Shown: one piece after another, positions 1-8,161 of the stretch | How the letters are laid out: each line of letters opens with the position of its first letter | How positions within the stretch are numbered: position 1 is the first letter of the stretch | Source: Phycisphaera mikurensis NBRC 102666 | GTDB lineage: Bacteria; Planctomycetota; Phycisphaerae; Phycisphaerales; Phycisphaeraceae | NCBI RefSeq assembly: GCF_000284115.1 | Contig: NC_017080.1 | Span: forward strand, 3,240,001 to 3,272,000 | DNA length: 32,000 bases | Direction: 5' to 3' | Translations under genes and position numbers: made by a program | The notes under the pieces: generated by a model | What the model was told of the DNA's origin: nothing | The model's database searches: none | The model's input: the letters and a program-made list of their open reading frames with translations, nothing else

Positions 1-432
1 TTCGCGAGCGCGCCCGACCCGACGATCAAGCAGATCCAGATCGCCGACATCCTCGACGCGCCCGGAACGCTGACCTACGCCGAGCACCACATCCCCAAGA
101 ACGTGCAGGGGGCATTCGACTTCCAGAGCGGCTGGCTCATCGAGCCCGGCGTCCAGTACATGACGGACCGCAACGCGACCGGAGCCGCGGACGCGCCGGT
201 CCAGCACCTCCCGCACGGCTCCCGCACCGGCGCGGTGGGGGATCCGCTGGACACGGTCAACGGCCTCTTCAACTACGCCTTCGCCGACGGCCACGCCTCC
301 ACCCTCGGCAGCCGAGAAACGTACCGCTACGACCGCGTCGGCACCGTCGCGAAGGAGCAGAACGTCGGGGGCGCCTGGACCCGCGCCTCCGGCGACGTCG
401 ACCCCTCCACCTTCAACTACGGCCGCTACTGA
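1..432 (+). CDS. C-terminal fragment of a prepilin-type/DUF1559-like protein (5' end lies outside the window)
   Basis: Frame 1 is open from base 1 to TGA at 430-432. The tail '...GLFNYAFADGHASTL...' parallels the '[13 protein letters not shown]' tail of the complete prepilin-like gene at 19031-19942. This is the position of the H-X9-DG-type C-terminal motif of planctomycete DUF1559 proteins. Confidence 0.55.
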   Translation, partial: FASAPDPTIKQIQIADILDAPGTLTYAEHHIPKNVQGAFDFQSGWLIEPGVQYMTDRNATGAADAPVQHLPHGSRTGAVGDPLDTVNGLFNYAFADGHASTLGSRETYRYDRVGTVAKEQNVGGAWTRASGDVDPSTFNYGRY

Positions 433-647
433 GCCACCTCGGCCTCCTCGGCCCGCCGCCGGGGGCACCGCCACGCCACGCCGCGCCGCGGGCCGCGCGC
501 GGGACTTTGCCGCGTGGCCGCAAGGCCCGCCCGCCTCCCCGGCGGAGGCCGCCCGAGGCCGAACCGTAACGCCCGCACGCCCCCCCGCGGCCGCGCGGGT
601 TCGGATCCGCCGCCACGGGGGCGAGCGTTTGTCTCCCGGACCTCTCC

Positions 648-2570
648 ATGAAGAATCTCCTCCTCGCGAGCCTCACCCCGCTGCTCCTCGCCGCGGCCAC
701 CGCCGCGGCCTCCCGCACGACCGCCTCCGCCGCTTGGCTTGCCGCCGCTGGAGGCGCGCAGATCGCCGGCTCGCCCGTGGAGGCGGAGAAGGCGACGCGC
801 GGCACGACGGAGGTGGAACCGCGGACCAACCCGATCGACCGCGACCTGGTGGAGCGGCTCGGGCCGGACGCCGAGCTCGTCATCGCCGGGAACCGGCCCG
901 CCGACTTCCGCGGCCCCGGGCCGGACCCGACCTCGCGGCTGACGCTCGTGCCCGTGGCGGGCGAGGATTTCGTGCAGGCCGCCCGAGTGAGCGTCGGCGA
1001 GGCGACCGACCCCATCTGGGACGCGCAGCTGACCTCGCCGCCGTCCACCGCCGCCGTGAAGAAGGGCGACGTGCTCTTCGGCTCGCTGGACCTGCGGGCC
1101 GTGAGCGAGAAGGAGTCCGGCGGCGGCCAGTTCGTCGGCTGGCTCCAGAACGGCGGCAGCGACTGGCACGGCTTCCGCAAGCTCGAGGGCGCCCCGGGCG
1201 CCGCCTGGCAGCGCCGCCACTTCGCGCTGAAGGCGGACGCGGACGCCGCGGCGGGCGAGATGGATTTCGTCTTCCAGCTGGGCATGATCCCGCAGGCGTT
1301 CGAGGTCGCCAACGTGCTGCTGTGGAACCTCGGCCCCGACGCCGAGCTCGACCGCCTGCCCAAAACCCGCCTGACCTACGAGGGCCAGGCCCCCGACGCG
1401 CCCTGGCGGGCGGAGGCCCGGCGGCGGATCGACGCGCACCGCAAAGCGGACCTGCGGGTTGCCGTCGTCGACGCGGCGGGCGAGCCGGTCCGCGGGGCAC
1501 GCGTCCGCGTCGCGATGGACAGGCTCGGCTTCGGCATCGGCACCTTCCTTTCCGACAGGCACGTCGCCGCCGACGACGCGACCGCGCAGCGCTACAAGCG
1601 GACGGTGCTCGCGCACTTCAACCGGGTCACCGCGCCGAGCTACGGGGCCCAGGCCTGGGGCTGGCCCGATCCGGCGTCCCGCGAGCGGTACCTGGCCACC
1701 CTCGCTTGGGCGTCCGAGCAGGACCTGACCCTCAAGGCCCACCCGATCGTGTGGTCCCGCTTCGACTGGATGCCGCGGTCGTTCAGCGAGGCCAGAGACG
1801 ACCCCTCGGCGTTGCGGGCGGAGATCGAGCGCTACATCACCGAGGTCGCGACGATCCTCGCCGAACACCGGGTGGAGGAGGTCGACGCGCTCAACGAGCC
1901 GGTGCTCTTCCACGAGTTCGACGACGTCATCCGCGCGCCCGGCCTCCGCGCGGCGTGGTTCGAGGCCGCGCACGACGCGGCGCCGCGGATGCGGCTCTTG
2001 ATCAACGAGCACGGCGTCCTCTCCGCGGGCGGGCGCAACCGCATCAAGCAGGACAAGTACGCCGCCATCATCGAGGACCTGCTCGGACGCGGCGTCCCGC
2101 TGGGCGGCATCGGGTTCCAGGGCCACATCGGCGAGGACTTCACGCCGCCGGAGAAGCTCTGGGAGGTGCTCGATCGGTTCGCTGCCTTCGGCCTGCCGCT
2201 GCACGTCACCGAGTTCGACATCAACACCGAGGACGAGGACACGCAGGCGGATTACCTCCGCGACTTCGTCACCGCGGTGTACGCCCACCCCGCGGTCGAG
2301 AGCGTCACCTTCTGGGGTTTCTGGGGCGGGGCGATGTGGATCCCCAACGCCCAGCTCTGGCGGGAGGATTGGACCATGAAGCCCGGCGCCGAAGCGCTGG
2401 TGGAGCTCACCGGCGAGACGCTCCGCACCGACGAGCGTGTGGTCACGGGCGCGGACGGCACCGCCACCGTCCGCGGCCACCTCGGGGCCTACACCGCGAG
2501 CGCCGGCGGCGTCTCGCAGAGGGTCGAGCTCGGCGGAGGCGGCGCCACCGTCACGCTCCGCCTCCCGTGA
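648..2570 (+). CDS. Secreted glycoside hydrolase family 10 (endo-beta-1,4-xylanase-like) with an N-terminal carbohydrate-binding (CBM4_9/22-like) domain
   Basis: Signal peptide MKNLLLASLTPLLLAAATAAA. GH10 acid/base motif 'VDALNEPV' and nucleophile motif 'LHVTEFDI'. 'GIGFQGH' and 'TFWGFWGG' segments are typical of the GH10 TIM barrel. The first ~230 aa are beta-rich and CBM-like. Confidence 0.85.
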   Translation: MKNLLLASLTPLLLAAATAAASRTTASAAWLAAAGGAQIAGSPVEAEKATRGTTEVEPRTNPIDRDLVERLGPDAELVIAGNRPADFRGPGPDPTSRLTLVPVAGEDFVQAARVSVGEATDPIWDAQLTSPPSTAAVKKGDVLFGSLDLRAVSEKESGGGQFVGWLQNGGSDWHGFRKLEGAPGAAWQRRHFALKADADAAAGEMDFVFQLGMIPQAFEVANVLLWNLGPDAELDRLPKTRLTYEGQAPDAPWRAEARRRIDAHRKADLRVAVVDAAGEPVRGARVRVAMDRLGFGIGTFLSDRHVAADDATAQRYKRTVLAHFNRVTAPSYGAQAWGWPDPASRERYLATLAWASEQDLTLKAHPIVWSRFDWMPRSFSEARDDPSALRAEIERYITEVATILAEHRVEEVDALNEPVLFHEFDDVIRAPGLRAAWFEAAHDAAPRMRLLINEHGVLSAGGRNRIKQDKYAAIIEDLLGRGVPLGGIGFQGHIGEDFTPPEKLWEVLDRFAAFGLPLHVTEFDINTEDEDTQADYLRDFVTAVYAHPAVESVTFWGFWGGAMWIPNAQLWREDWTMKPGAEALVELTGETLRTDERVVTGADGTATVRGHLGAYTASAGGVSQRVELGGGGATVTLRLP

Positions 2571-2668
2571 AGCCGCGGACCGGAGGCGGGAACGGCTTCT
2601 TCGGCCCACGGTCCGCGGGTCCGGGGCCTACGCCGCCCGCGGCCGCTCCCGCGGCTTTACGCTAGACC

Positions 2669-5167
2669 ATGCCCCTGGGACCCGCCCCGCCCGCCGACCA
2701 TCCGATCCGCCGCGCCTCGTGGATCTGGCCGGAGCCGGCCCACCTGCCGCGGCACAACGTGCACGCCCACTTCCACCGGGTCCTCCGGCTCGACGAGGTG
2801 CCGGCCTCGGCCCCGTGCCACGTGACCGCCGACGCGCAGTACGTGCTCCGGGTCAACGGCCGCTACGCCAACCGCGGGCCCGCCCGCGGCTTCCAGACGG
2901 CGTGGCCGTTCGACACGCACGACATCACCCGCCTGCTGCGGCCCGGCGAGAACGTGGTCGCCGCGACGGTCTACTGCCCCGGCCACGGCACCTTCTCGCA
3001 CGTGGATGCCGCGGCGGCCGGGCTGCTGATGGCGATCGAGCTGCCGGGCGGGGACGTCCTCACCGACGGGTCCTGGTCGACGCGGCTGGACCCCACGCAC
3101 GGCCGGCTCACGCCGATGCTGTCGGTCCAGATGAGCCACCAGGAGCAGGTCGATCTCCGCGCCGCGGACGGCTGGGAGGAGGCGATCACGCCGACCGACG
3201 ACGCCGCGCCCGACGCCCCCGACCCGCTCGGCGCCCCCGCCTCCGCCTACGCCTGGCACCCGCCGGGCAACGTCCACCCCTTCGGCCGCCCGCCGTGGAA
3301 CGACCTCACGGAGCGCGGCGTCCCGCCGCTGACGTCGAACGTCCTGCCCTACGGCGACGCCGTGGCCACGGCGACCGGCCCCGCCGACGCCGCGGCGGAT
3401 CCGACCGCGGCGTGGTGGGCGTACCACCGCGCGCTCTCGTGGGACCCGGCACCCGCGGCCCCCGCGCCGGTGCCCGCCGGCGGGGTCGCGGTCCGCCTCT
3501 ACGACCTCGGCCACGTCCGCCTCGGGACCGCGATCGTCGAAGCGCCCGCCGCCGAGGGGGTGCGGGTCGACCTGCTGTACGTGCAGGCGGTGGACGAGAG
3601 CGGCGTGCCGATCCTCGACGACCCGGGCGTCGGCAGCCGCATCTCGCTCGCCAACCGCCTGATCCTCGGGCCCGACCCGCACGATTGGGAGGCCTTCCTC
3701 CCCATGGGCCACCGGCAGCTCGCCGTCGTCGTGCACGGGCCGGCCCCCGCGATCGACCTCGCCCCCAAGCTCCGCGAGACGGTCTACCCGCTCAACGCCG
3801 AGGGCTCGTTCGACACCGACGAGCAGAGCCTCAACGAGATCTGGAACCTGTGCCGGGTGACGCAGCGGGCCTGCCTGTCCGACGCGTACACCGACACCCC
3901 CTGGCGCGAGCAGGCCCAGTGGTGGGGCGACGCGCGGGTGCAGTCGCAGAACACCTTCCACCTCGTGCCCGACGACCGCCCGCTCGTGCGCGGCGTCCGC
4001 CAGATCGGCCACCAGCGGCTGCCCAACGGCCTCACCTACGGCCACGCCCCCACGGTGGCGCACAGCTGCGTGCTGCCCGACTTCACGCTCACCTGGCTGC
4101 TCACCCTCTGGGACCACTTCTGGCAGACCGGCGACCCCTCGCTGCTGCTCGAGCAGGAGGACGGCGTCCGCCGCGCCCTCGATTACTTCCGTCCCGGCGG
4201 CGGCGGCATGGGCGACGACGGGCTGCTGAAGGCCGACCCGCGCTACTGGCTGTTCCTGGACTGGTGCGACGTGCACAAGGAGGGCACGCCCACGCTGCTG
4301 AACCTCTGGCACGCCTGGGCCCTGGACGCCGTCGCCGGCGTGTACGCCGCCGCCGGCCGGGACGCCGACGCCGCGGCGCTGCGGGCCGAGCGCTCGGCGC
4401 AGCTCACCCGGATGGACGAGCTGCTCTTCGACGCGGAGCGCGGCCTCTACCGCGACGGCCTCGCCGACGACGGCGAGCCCGTCGACCGCTTCAGCGTCCA
4501 GAACCAGACCCTCGCCCTGCTCGCCGGCCTGCACGATCCCGCACCCCTGCAGCGGCGTGTCGCCGACTGCCTCGGCGGCGAGCTGCACGGCGGCGCCAAC
4601 CCGTCGAGCTACTGGATCACCTACCTCTACGACGCCGCGGAGCGGGCGGGCCTGGAACGTCCGATGCTCGACCACATCCGGCGGCACTGGACGCCGATGC
4701 TCCCACACGGCGGCTGCTGGGAGTCCTTCGAGACGCCCGCGAAGATCCGCCAGGAGAGCGTCAGCCACGCCTGGGCCGCCCACCCGCTGTTCCACCTGAT
4801 GCGTGCGCTGGGCGGCGTCCGCCAGGCGGCGCCGGCGTGGAGCGAGGTGCTCTTCCGCCCGGTGCTCGACCGGCCCGAGGCCTCGCGCGCGGCGACGGCC
4901 TGGCCGACGCCGCGGGGGGTCCTCCGGTCGCGGTGGAGCCGGGACGGGGGCACGGCCGCGGTGACCCTGGAGGTTCCCGAAGGCGTCACCGCGAGGATCG
5001 AGCTTCCCGGCGTGCCGCCGGCGAGCGTCGGAGCCGGCACCCACCGCTGGTCCGTCGGGATCCAGAGCGTCGTGCGGCACGAGGCGGCGAGGGCCTCGCC
5101 GCCCGCCCCCGCCGCGGCACGGTCCGAAGCGTCGCGGTCCTCCGGACAAACCCCCGCGGAGTCTTGA
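2669..5167 (+). CDS. Glycoside hydrolase family 78-like (alpha-L-rhamnosidase family) protein
   Basis: N-terminal 'ASWIWPE...HFHR...YVLRVNGRYANRGP' resembles the bacterial rhamnosidase N-domain. 'YTDTPWREQAQWWGDARVQ' resembles the (alpha/alpha)6 catalytic-domain signature (DCPxRxERxGWxGD). The size (832 aa) fits. Confidence 0.65.
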   Translation: MPLGPAPPADHPIRRASWIWPEPAHLPRHNVHAHFHRVLRLDEVPASAPCHVTADAQYVLRVNGRYANRGPARGFQTAWPFDTHDITRLLRPGENVVAATVYCPGHGTFSHVDAAAAGLLMAIELPGGDVLTDGSWSTRLDPTHGRLTPMLSVQMSHQEQVDLRAADGWEEAITPTDDAAPDAPDPLGAPASAYAWHPPGNVHPFGRPPWNDLTERGVPPLTSNVLPYGDAVATATGPADAAADPTAAWWAYHRALSWDPAPAAPAPVPAGGVAVRLYDLGHVRLGTAIVEAPAAEGVRVDLLYVQAVDESGVPILDDPGVGSRISLANRLILGPDPHDWEAFLPMGHRQLAVVVHGPAPAIDLAPKLRETVYPLNAEGSFDTDEQSLNEIWNLCRVTQRACLSDAYTDTPWREQAQWWGDARVQSQNTFHLVPDDRPLVRGVRQIGHQRLPNGLTYGHAPTVAHSCVLPDFTLTWLLTLWDHFWQTGDPSLLLEQEDGVRRALDYFRPGGGGMGDDGLLKADPRYWLFLDWCDVHKEGTPTLLNLWHAWALDAVAGVYAAAGRDADAAALRAERSAQLTRMDELLFDAERGLYRDGLADDGEPVDRFSVQNQTLALLAGLHDPAPLQRRVADCLGGELHGGANPSSYWITYLYDAAERAGLERPMLDHIRRHWTPMLPHGGCWESFETPAKIRQESVSHAWAAHPLFHLMRALGGVRQAAPAWSEVLFRPVLDRPEASRAATAWPTPRGVLRSRWSRDGGTAAVTLEVPEGVTARIELPGVPPASVGAGTHRWSVGIQSVVRHEAARASPPAPAAARSEASRSSGQTPAES

Positions 5168-5351
5168 CGCGGCGGGCCCGCAACGTCCGATAGTGGCGAG
5201 CCTCGCCGGGGCGGCCGCAGCGGCCGCTCCCGGCTAGTGTTTCCAACCGGTTCCGAGCGTCGCGTGGACGATTCGGCGCCCCCCGCTCCGGCGGGAGCAG
5301 GCGAAACACCGGCCCCCGGGCCCAGCGCCCAGCTCCAGAAGAAGGACCCCC

Positions 5352-6035
5352 ATGTTCGGTTTCCGTGCATCCCATGTCTCCGCTTTCGCCGCCGGCCTCG
5401 CCCTCACCGGCGCCGCCACCGCGCAGAACGATCCGTACGTGCAGCCCGCCGGCGTCGAGCCCGACCCCGGGATGATCGAGGCCCGCGAGGGCGTCACCGC
5501 CCCCGGCGTCTACGAGACCACCGACTACTCCACCACCGTCGACGCCGACTACACCCGCGAGCGCAGCAGCCGCGACGTGCTCACCGGCCCCTACCAGGGC
5601 GCCTGGGAATTCCTGATCGGCGGCTCGGGCTCGAGCGACCAGGACTTCGACAGCAACAACGTCACCGTCGACGTGACGCTGGGCTACTACCTCACCGACA
5701 CCGTCGAGGTCGGCGTTCGCCAGAACGTCAGCGTCGCCGGCAACGAGGACGACACCAGCTGGAACGGCGCCACCACCGGCTTCGCCGACTACGTCTTCGA
5801 CTTCGACGCCTTCCGCCCCTTCGTCGGCGTCTCGCTGGGCTACCTCTACGGCGACGACACCAACGACACGTTCATCGGCGGCCCCGAGGCCGGCGTCAAG
5901 TACTACCTCAAGGACGACGCCTTCATCTTCGGCCGCGTGAACTACGACTTCCTCTTCGACTCCGGCGACGAGATCGACGACAACTTCGAGGACGGCCGCT
6001 TCGTCTACTCGATCGGCCTGGGCATCAACTTCTAG
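5352..6035 (+). CDS. Small outer-membrane beta-barrel protein (OmpW/OmpA-barrel-like)
   Basis: Signal peptide ending 'TGAATAQ'. Alternating aromatic/Gly-rich strands. C-terminal 'YSIGLGINF' ends in Phe, the classic OMP terminus. AAGGA lies 5 nt upstream of the ATG. Confidence 0.65.
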   Translation: MFGFRASHVSAFAAGLALTGAATAQNDPYVQPAGVEPDPGMIEAREGVTAPGVYETTDYSTTVDADYTRERSSRDVLTGPYQGAWEFLIGGSGSSDQDFDSNNVTVDVTLGYYLTDTVEVGVRQNVSVAGNEDDTSWNGATTGFADYVFDFDAFRPFVGVSLGYLYGDDTNDTFIGGPEAGVKYYLKDDAFIFGRVNYDFLFDSGDEIDDNFEDGRFVYSIGLGINF

Positions 6036-6118
6036 TGCCGCGGCTGCCGCCGATCTGCGGGTGAGGCGTGTAGCGTCACCGTGCACGTGTTCACCACCAA
6101 ATGCAACGGAGGCCAAGG

Positions 6119-6583
6119 ATGGCTGCGAAGCTCAAGAATCGGAAGCTCTACCACGTCCACCTCACCGACGACGAGCGGGAGCAGCTGACCACGCTGGTCC
6201 GCAGCGGCCGCGTCGCCGGCTGGAAGATCCAGCGGGCGCAAGCCCTGCTCAAGTGCGACGAATCGCCCGGCGCTCCGGCCTGGACCGACGAGCAGATCGC
6301 CGAGGCTTTCGACGCGGGTGTCCGCACTGTGGAGGGCTGGCGGAAGAAGGCTGTCGAGGAAGGTCCGCTCTCGTTGCTCGAACGCAAGCCTCAAGACCGC
6401 GCGATGCAACGCAAGCTCGACGGCGTAGGCGAAGCTCAGCTGGTGACGATCGCCTGCTCGGACCCGCCCGAGGGCCATGATCGCTGGAGCCTCCGCCTCC
6501 TGGCCGGCCGGCTGGTGGAGCTGAAGGTGGTGGACTCGATCAGCCGCGAAGCGGTGCGGTGCGCTCTTCAAAAAACGGTCTGA
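6119..6583 (+). CDS. IS630-family transposase OrfA (HTH DNA-binding part)
   Basis: 'LTDDEREQLTTLVRSGR...' and '...TDEQIAEAFDAGVRTVEGWRKK' are the two HTH units typical of the IS630/Tc1 N-terminus. GGAGG at 6108-6112 favours ATG 6119 over ATG 6101. Confidence 0.8.
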   Translation: MAAKLKNRKLYHVHLTDDEREQLTTLVRSGRVAGWKIQRAQALLKCDESPGAPAWTDEQIAEAFDAGVRTVEGWRKKAVEEGPLSLLERKPQDRAMQRKLDGVGEAQLVTIACSDPPEGHDRWSLRLLAGRLVELKVVDSISREAVRCALQKTV

Positions 6584-7272
6584 AGCCGTGGAGGAAGAAG
6601 ATGTGGTGCATCCCGCCGGAGCAGTCCGCGGCGTTCGTGGCGGCCATGGAGGCGGTGCTGTGCCTGTACGCGCTCGCCTACGACCCGGCGTTGCCGGTGG
6701 TGTGCATGGACGAGCAGCCCAAGCAGCTCATCGGCGAGACCCGCCGCCGCTTCACCGACTCCACCGGCCGTCGGATCGAGGACCACGAGTACGTGCGGCA
6801 CGGCACCTGCAACCTGTGGATGTTCACCGAGCCGTTGGCTGGGTGGCGGGACGTTCGGACCAGTCGGCGACGCACCGCGGCGGACTGGGCCCACCAGATC
6901 CAGGCGTTGGTGGACGCCCCGCGTTATGAGTCAGCGACGCGGATCCGCCTGGTGTGCGACAACCTGAACACCCACAGGATCGCGTCGTTGTACGAAGCAT
7001 TTGAGGCAGCAGAGGCGCGGCGGATCGCTGAGCGGATCGAGCTGGTGCACACGCCGGCCCACGGTTCGTGGCTGAACATCGCCGAGTGCGAACTGAGTGT
7101 GCTCTCAAGGCAATGCCTCGGCCGACGGATCGACACCATCCAGGAGATCGATCGCGAGGCCCGAGCCTGGGCGGCCGCTCGCAACCAGAGCCAGCGAGGC
7201 GTGCACTGGCAGTTCACCGCCGATGACGCCCGGATCAAGCTGCTGAGCCTCTACCCGCGGATCGCGGCGTGA
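6559..7272 (+). CDS. IS630-family transposase OrfB (DDE catalytic part), probably made as an OrfAB fusion by a -1 frameshift
   Basis: 'NGLKPWRKKMWCIP', 'VVCMDEQP', 'LVCDNLNTH' and 'GSWLNIAECELS' match the DDE triad regions of IS630 transposases. The ORF is in the -1 frame relative to OrfA and overlaps it by 25 nt. Confidence 0.8.
   Translation: MRSSKNGLKPWRKKMWCIPPEQSAAFVAAMEAVLCLYALAYDPALPVVCMDEQPKQLIGETRRRFTDSTGRRIEDHEYVRHGTCNLWMFTEPLAGWRDVRTSRRRTAADWAHQIQALVDAPRYESATRIRLVCDNLNTHRIASLYEAFEAAEARRIAERIELVHTPAHGSWLNIAECELSVLSRQCLGRRIDTIQEIDREARAWAAARNQSQRGVHWQFTADDARIKLLSLYPRIAA
6570..6575 (+). other. Candidate -1 programmed frameshift site (A6 run) joining OrfA and OrfB
   Basis: In the OrfA frame the sequence reads CAA AAA ACG. 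A Lys-tRNA slip back onto AAA gives ...ALQK-NGLKPWRKK..., restoring the conserved junction seen in single-ORF IS630 transposases. Confidence 0.5.
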
Positions 7273-7288
7273 CGCGGCACTAGAGCAT

Positions 7289-7430
7289 CGTGCGCAATTC
7301 TCCGATCGGCCTGCGTCCGCGAGTCGTGTCCCTCGTGAGGAGGCGAAGCAGCCCTGCCCCTGCAGGGCGATGCAGCCGACGAAGCGAGGGGCACGACTCG
7401 CCCGCAGAGGCGATCGGAAAACTGCGCACG
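7289..7430. repeat. Large imperfect palindrome (about 47-nt arms, 49-nt centre with its own small hairpin)
   Basis: The left arm 7289-7335 (cgtgcgcaattctccgatcgg...gagtcgtgtccctcg) is the near reverse complement of the right arm 7385-7430 (cgaggggcacgactc...cgatcggaaaactgcgcacg). The centre contains a gccctgc/gcagggc stem (7351-7368). Confidence 0.6.
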
Positions 7431-7542
7431 GTGCGATAAGGCCCGCCGCTCCGCGGAGTGCTCCGGCCTCCGACGGATCGATGGTTCCTACCCGGGTCGG
7501 TCCAACGGCTGCGGCCGGCGAGGCCCGGGGAACTGAAAAGCG

Positions 7543-7577
7543 AAAGACCGGCCCGCCTGGCGGGCCGGTCTTTTCTC
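7543..7577. terminator. Bidirectional rho-independent terminator
   Basis: A perfect 12-bp GC stem, agaccggcccgc (7545-7556) / gcgggccggtct (7560-7571), has a 3-nt loop. It is preceded by an A-run and followed by TTTTCT, and the opposite strand reads TTTCGCTTTTC after the stem. Confidence 0.6.
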
Positions 7578-7631
7578 GCGCCGGCACCGCAGAGACGCCG
7601 CGGCCGGGGCCCATTTGCCCTAGGTTTCGCC

Positions 7632-8054
7632 GTGGCCCACGCACCCATCCGCTTCAACAACGCCGCCGGGAACCCGTCGCTCGCGGGCGGCCCGGGCGAG
7701 CCGGAGGTCACGCCCGCGGACCGGGGCGTGACACCGGTGGACCTCGACCTCAAGAAGGACGAGGCGCTCACCGTCCGCTGGTCGGACGGGCGGACCAGCG
7801 TGTTCCCGGTGGCGGCGCTGCGCCGCTGGTCGCCCTCGGCGGAAGCTTCCGAGTTCCGCAAGGCGCAGGCGGACAACCCGCTGGCGGTTCTGCCCGGCGG
7901 CGACGCCACCGGCCCCGTGACCGCGACCTCGGCGGAGCTCGTCGGGAAGTACGCGCTGCGGATCGGCTTCTCCGACGGGCACGCGACGGGGCTGTTCTCT
8001 TGGGATTACCTGCGGGCGCTGGACCGCCACCTGGGCAAAGCCGGATCGTCATGA
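7632..8054 (+). CDS. DUF971 (gamma-butyrobetaine hydroxylase N-terminal-like) family protein
   Basis: 'LTVRWSDGRTSVFPVAALRRWSPSAE' and 'YALRIGFSDGHATGLFSWDYLRAL' are the two repeated DUF971 strands. The start is uncertain: GTG 7632 was chosen as the first start after the terminator, and the ORF is open from 7458. Confidence 0.55.
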   Translation: MAHAPIRFNNAAGNPSLAGGPGEPEVTPADRGVTPVDLDLKKDEALTVRWSDGRTSVFPVAALRRWSPSAEASEFRKAQADNPLAVLPGGDATGPVTATSAELVGKYALRIGFSDGHATGLFSWDYLRALDRHLGKAGSS

Positions 8055-8056
8055 TC

Positions 8057-8072
8057 CTCACGCAACGCTCAC
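8057..8072 (+). promoter_or_regulatory. Candidate Pho-box-like direct repeat (CTCAC-N6-CTCAC, 11-bp phasing)
   Basis: ctcac occurs at 8057-8061 and 8068-8072, about 90-105 bp upstream of the porin ATG and next to phoBRU. PhoB boxes are 7-bp direct repeats with an 11-bp period. The match to the E. coli consensus is weak. Confidence 0.2.
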
Positions 8073-8161
8073 TCCGGCGTTTTACGGTCCGGCCCGCCGG
8101 GCTGCGCCCGGCTCTGAGGCGGCCCACCCGGGCCGCCCGCCTGTCACCCCGGAGCCCCAAG

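Larger units (their letters stand above)
6035..7280 (+). mobile_element. IS630-family insertion sequence flanked by a TA target-site duplication within a CTAG target
   Basis: Terminal inverted repeats are gtgccgcg (6035-6042) and cgcggcac (7273-7280). TA occurs at 6033-6034 and 7281-7282. The outer c6032 and g7283 reconstruct CTAG. Two overlapping transposase ORFs lie inside. Codon usage is visibly less GC-biased than in the neighbours. Confidence 0.85.

Noticed and set aside
590-615. 'cgcgggttcggatccgccgcc', resembling a tRNA T-arm (GGTTCGAATCC)
   Set aside because: The flanking bases do not form a 5-bp T-stem, and no acceptor or anticodon arms can be built. It is not a tRNA.
426-2609. 727-aa minus-strand ORF (and 629-2665 plus, 678 aa) overlapping the GH10 gene
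   Set aside because: The translations are Arg/Gly/Pro/Ala-rich low-complexity strings typical of off-frame reading of GC-rich coding DNA. The 648-2570 frame carries clear GH10 motifs and a signal peptide.
2437-5193. 918-aa plus-strand and 830-aa minus-strand (2657-5149) ORFs overlapping the GH78-like gene
   Set aside because: They are shadow ORFs. The compositions are dominated by R/P/A/G with no motifs, while the frame starting at 2669 has recognisable rhamnosidase-family segments.
5245-5252. Perfect 8-bp palindrome AACCGGTT upstream of the OMP gene as an operator
   Set aside because: It is too short to distinguish from chance, and no flanking symmetry or promoter elements could be aligned to it.
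6101-6118. ATG at 6101 as the transposase OrfA start (MQRRPRMAAK...)
   Set aside because: GGAGG at 6108-6112 is positioned for the ATG at 6119, and IS630 transposases typically begin close to the first HTH. It is kept as a less likely alternative.
7370-8161. Long N-terminal extensions of the porin ORF (from 7370) and the DUF971 ORF (from 7458)
   Set aside because: The extensions run through a strong terminator (7543-7577) and through the DUF971 gene in another frame. The porin signal peptide begins at the ATG at 8162.
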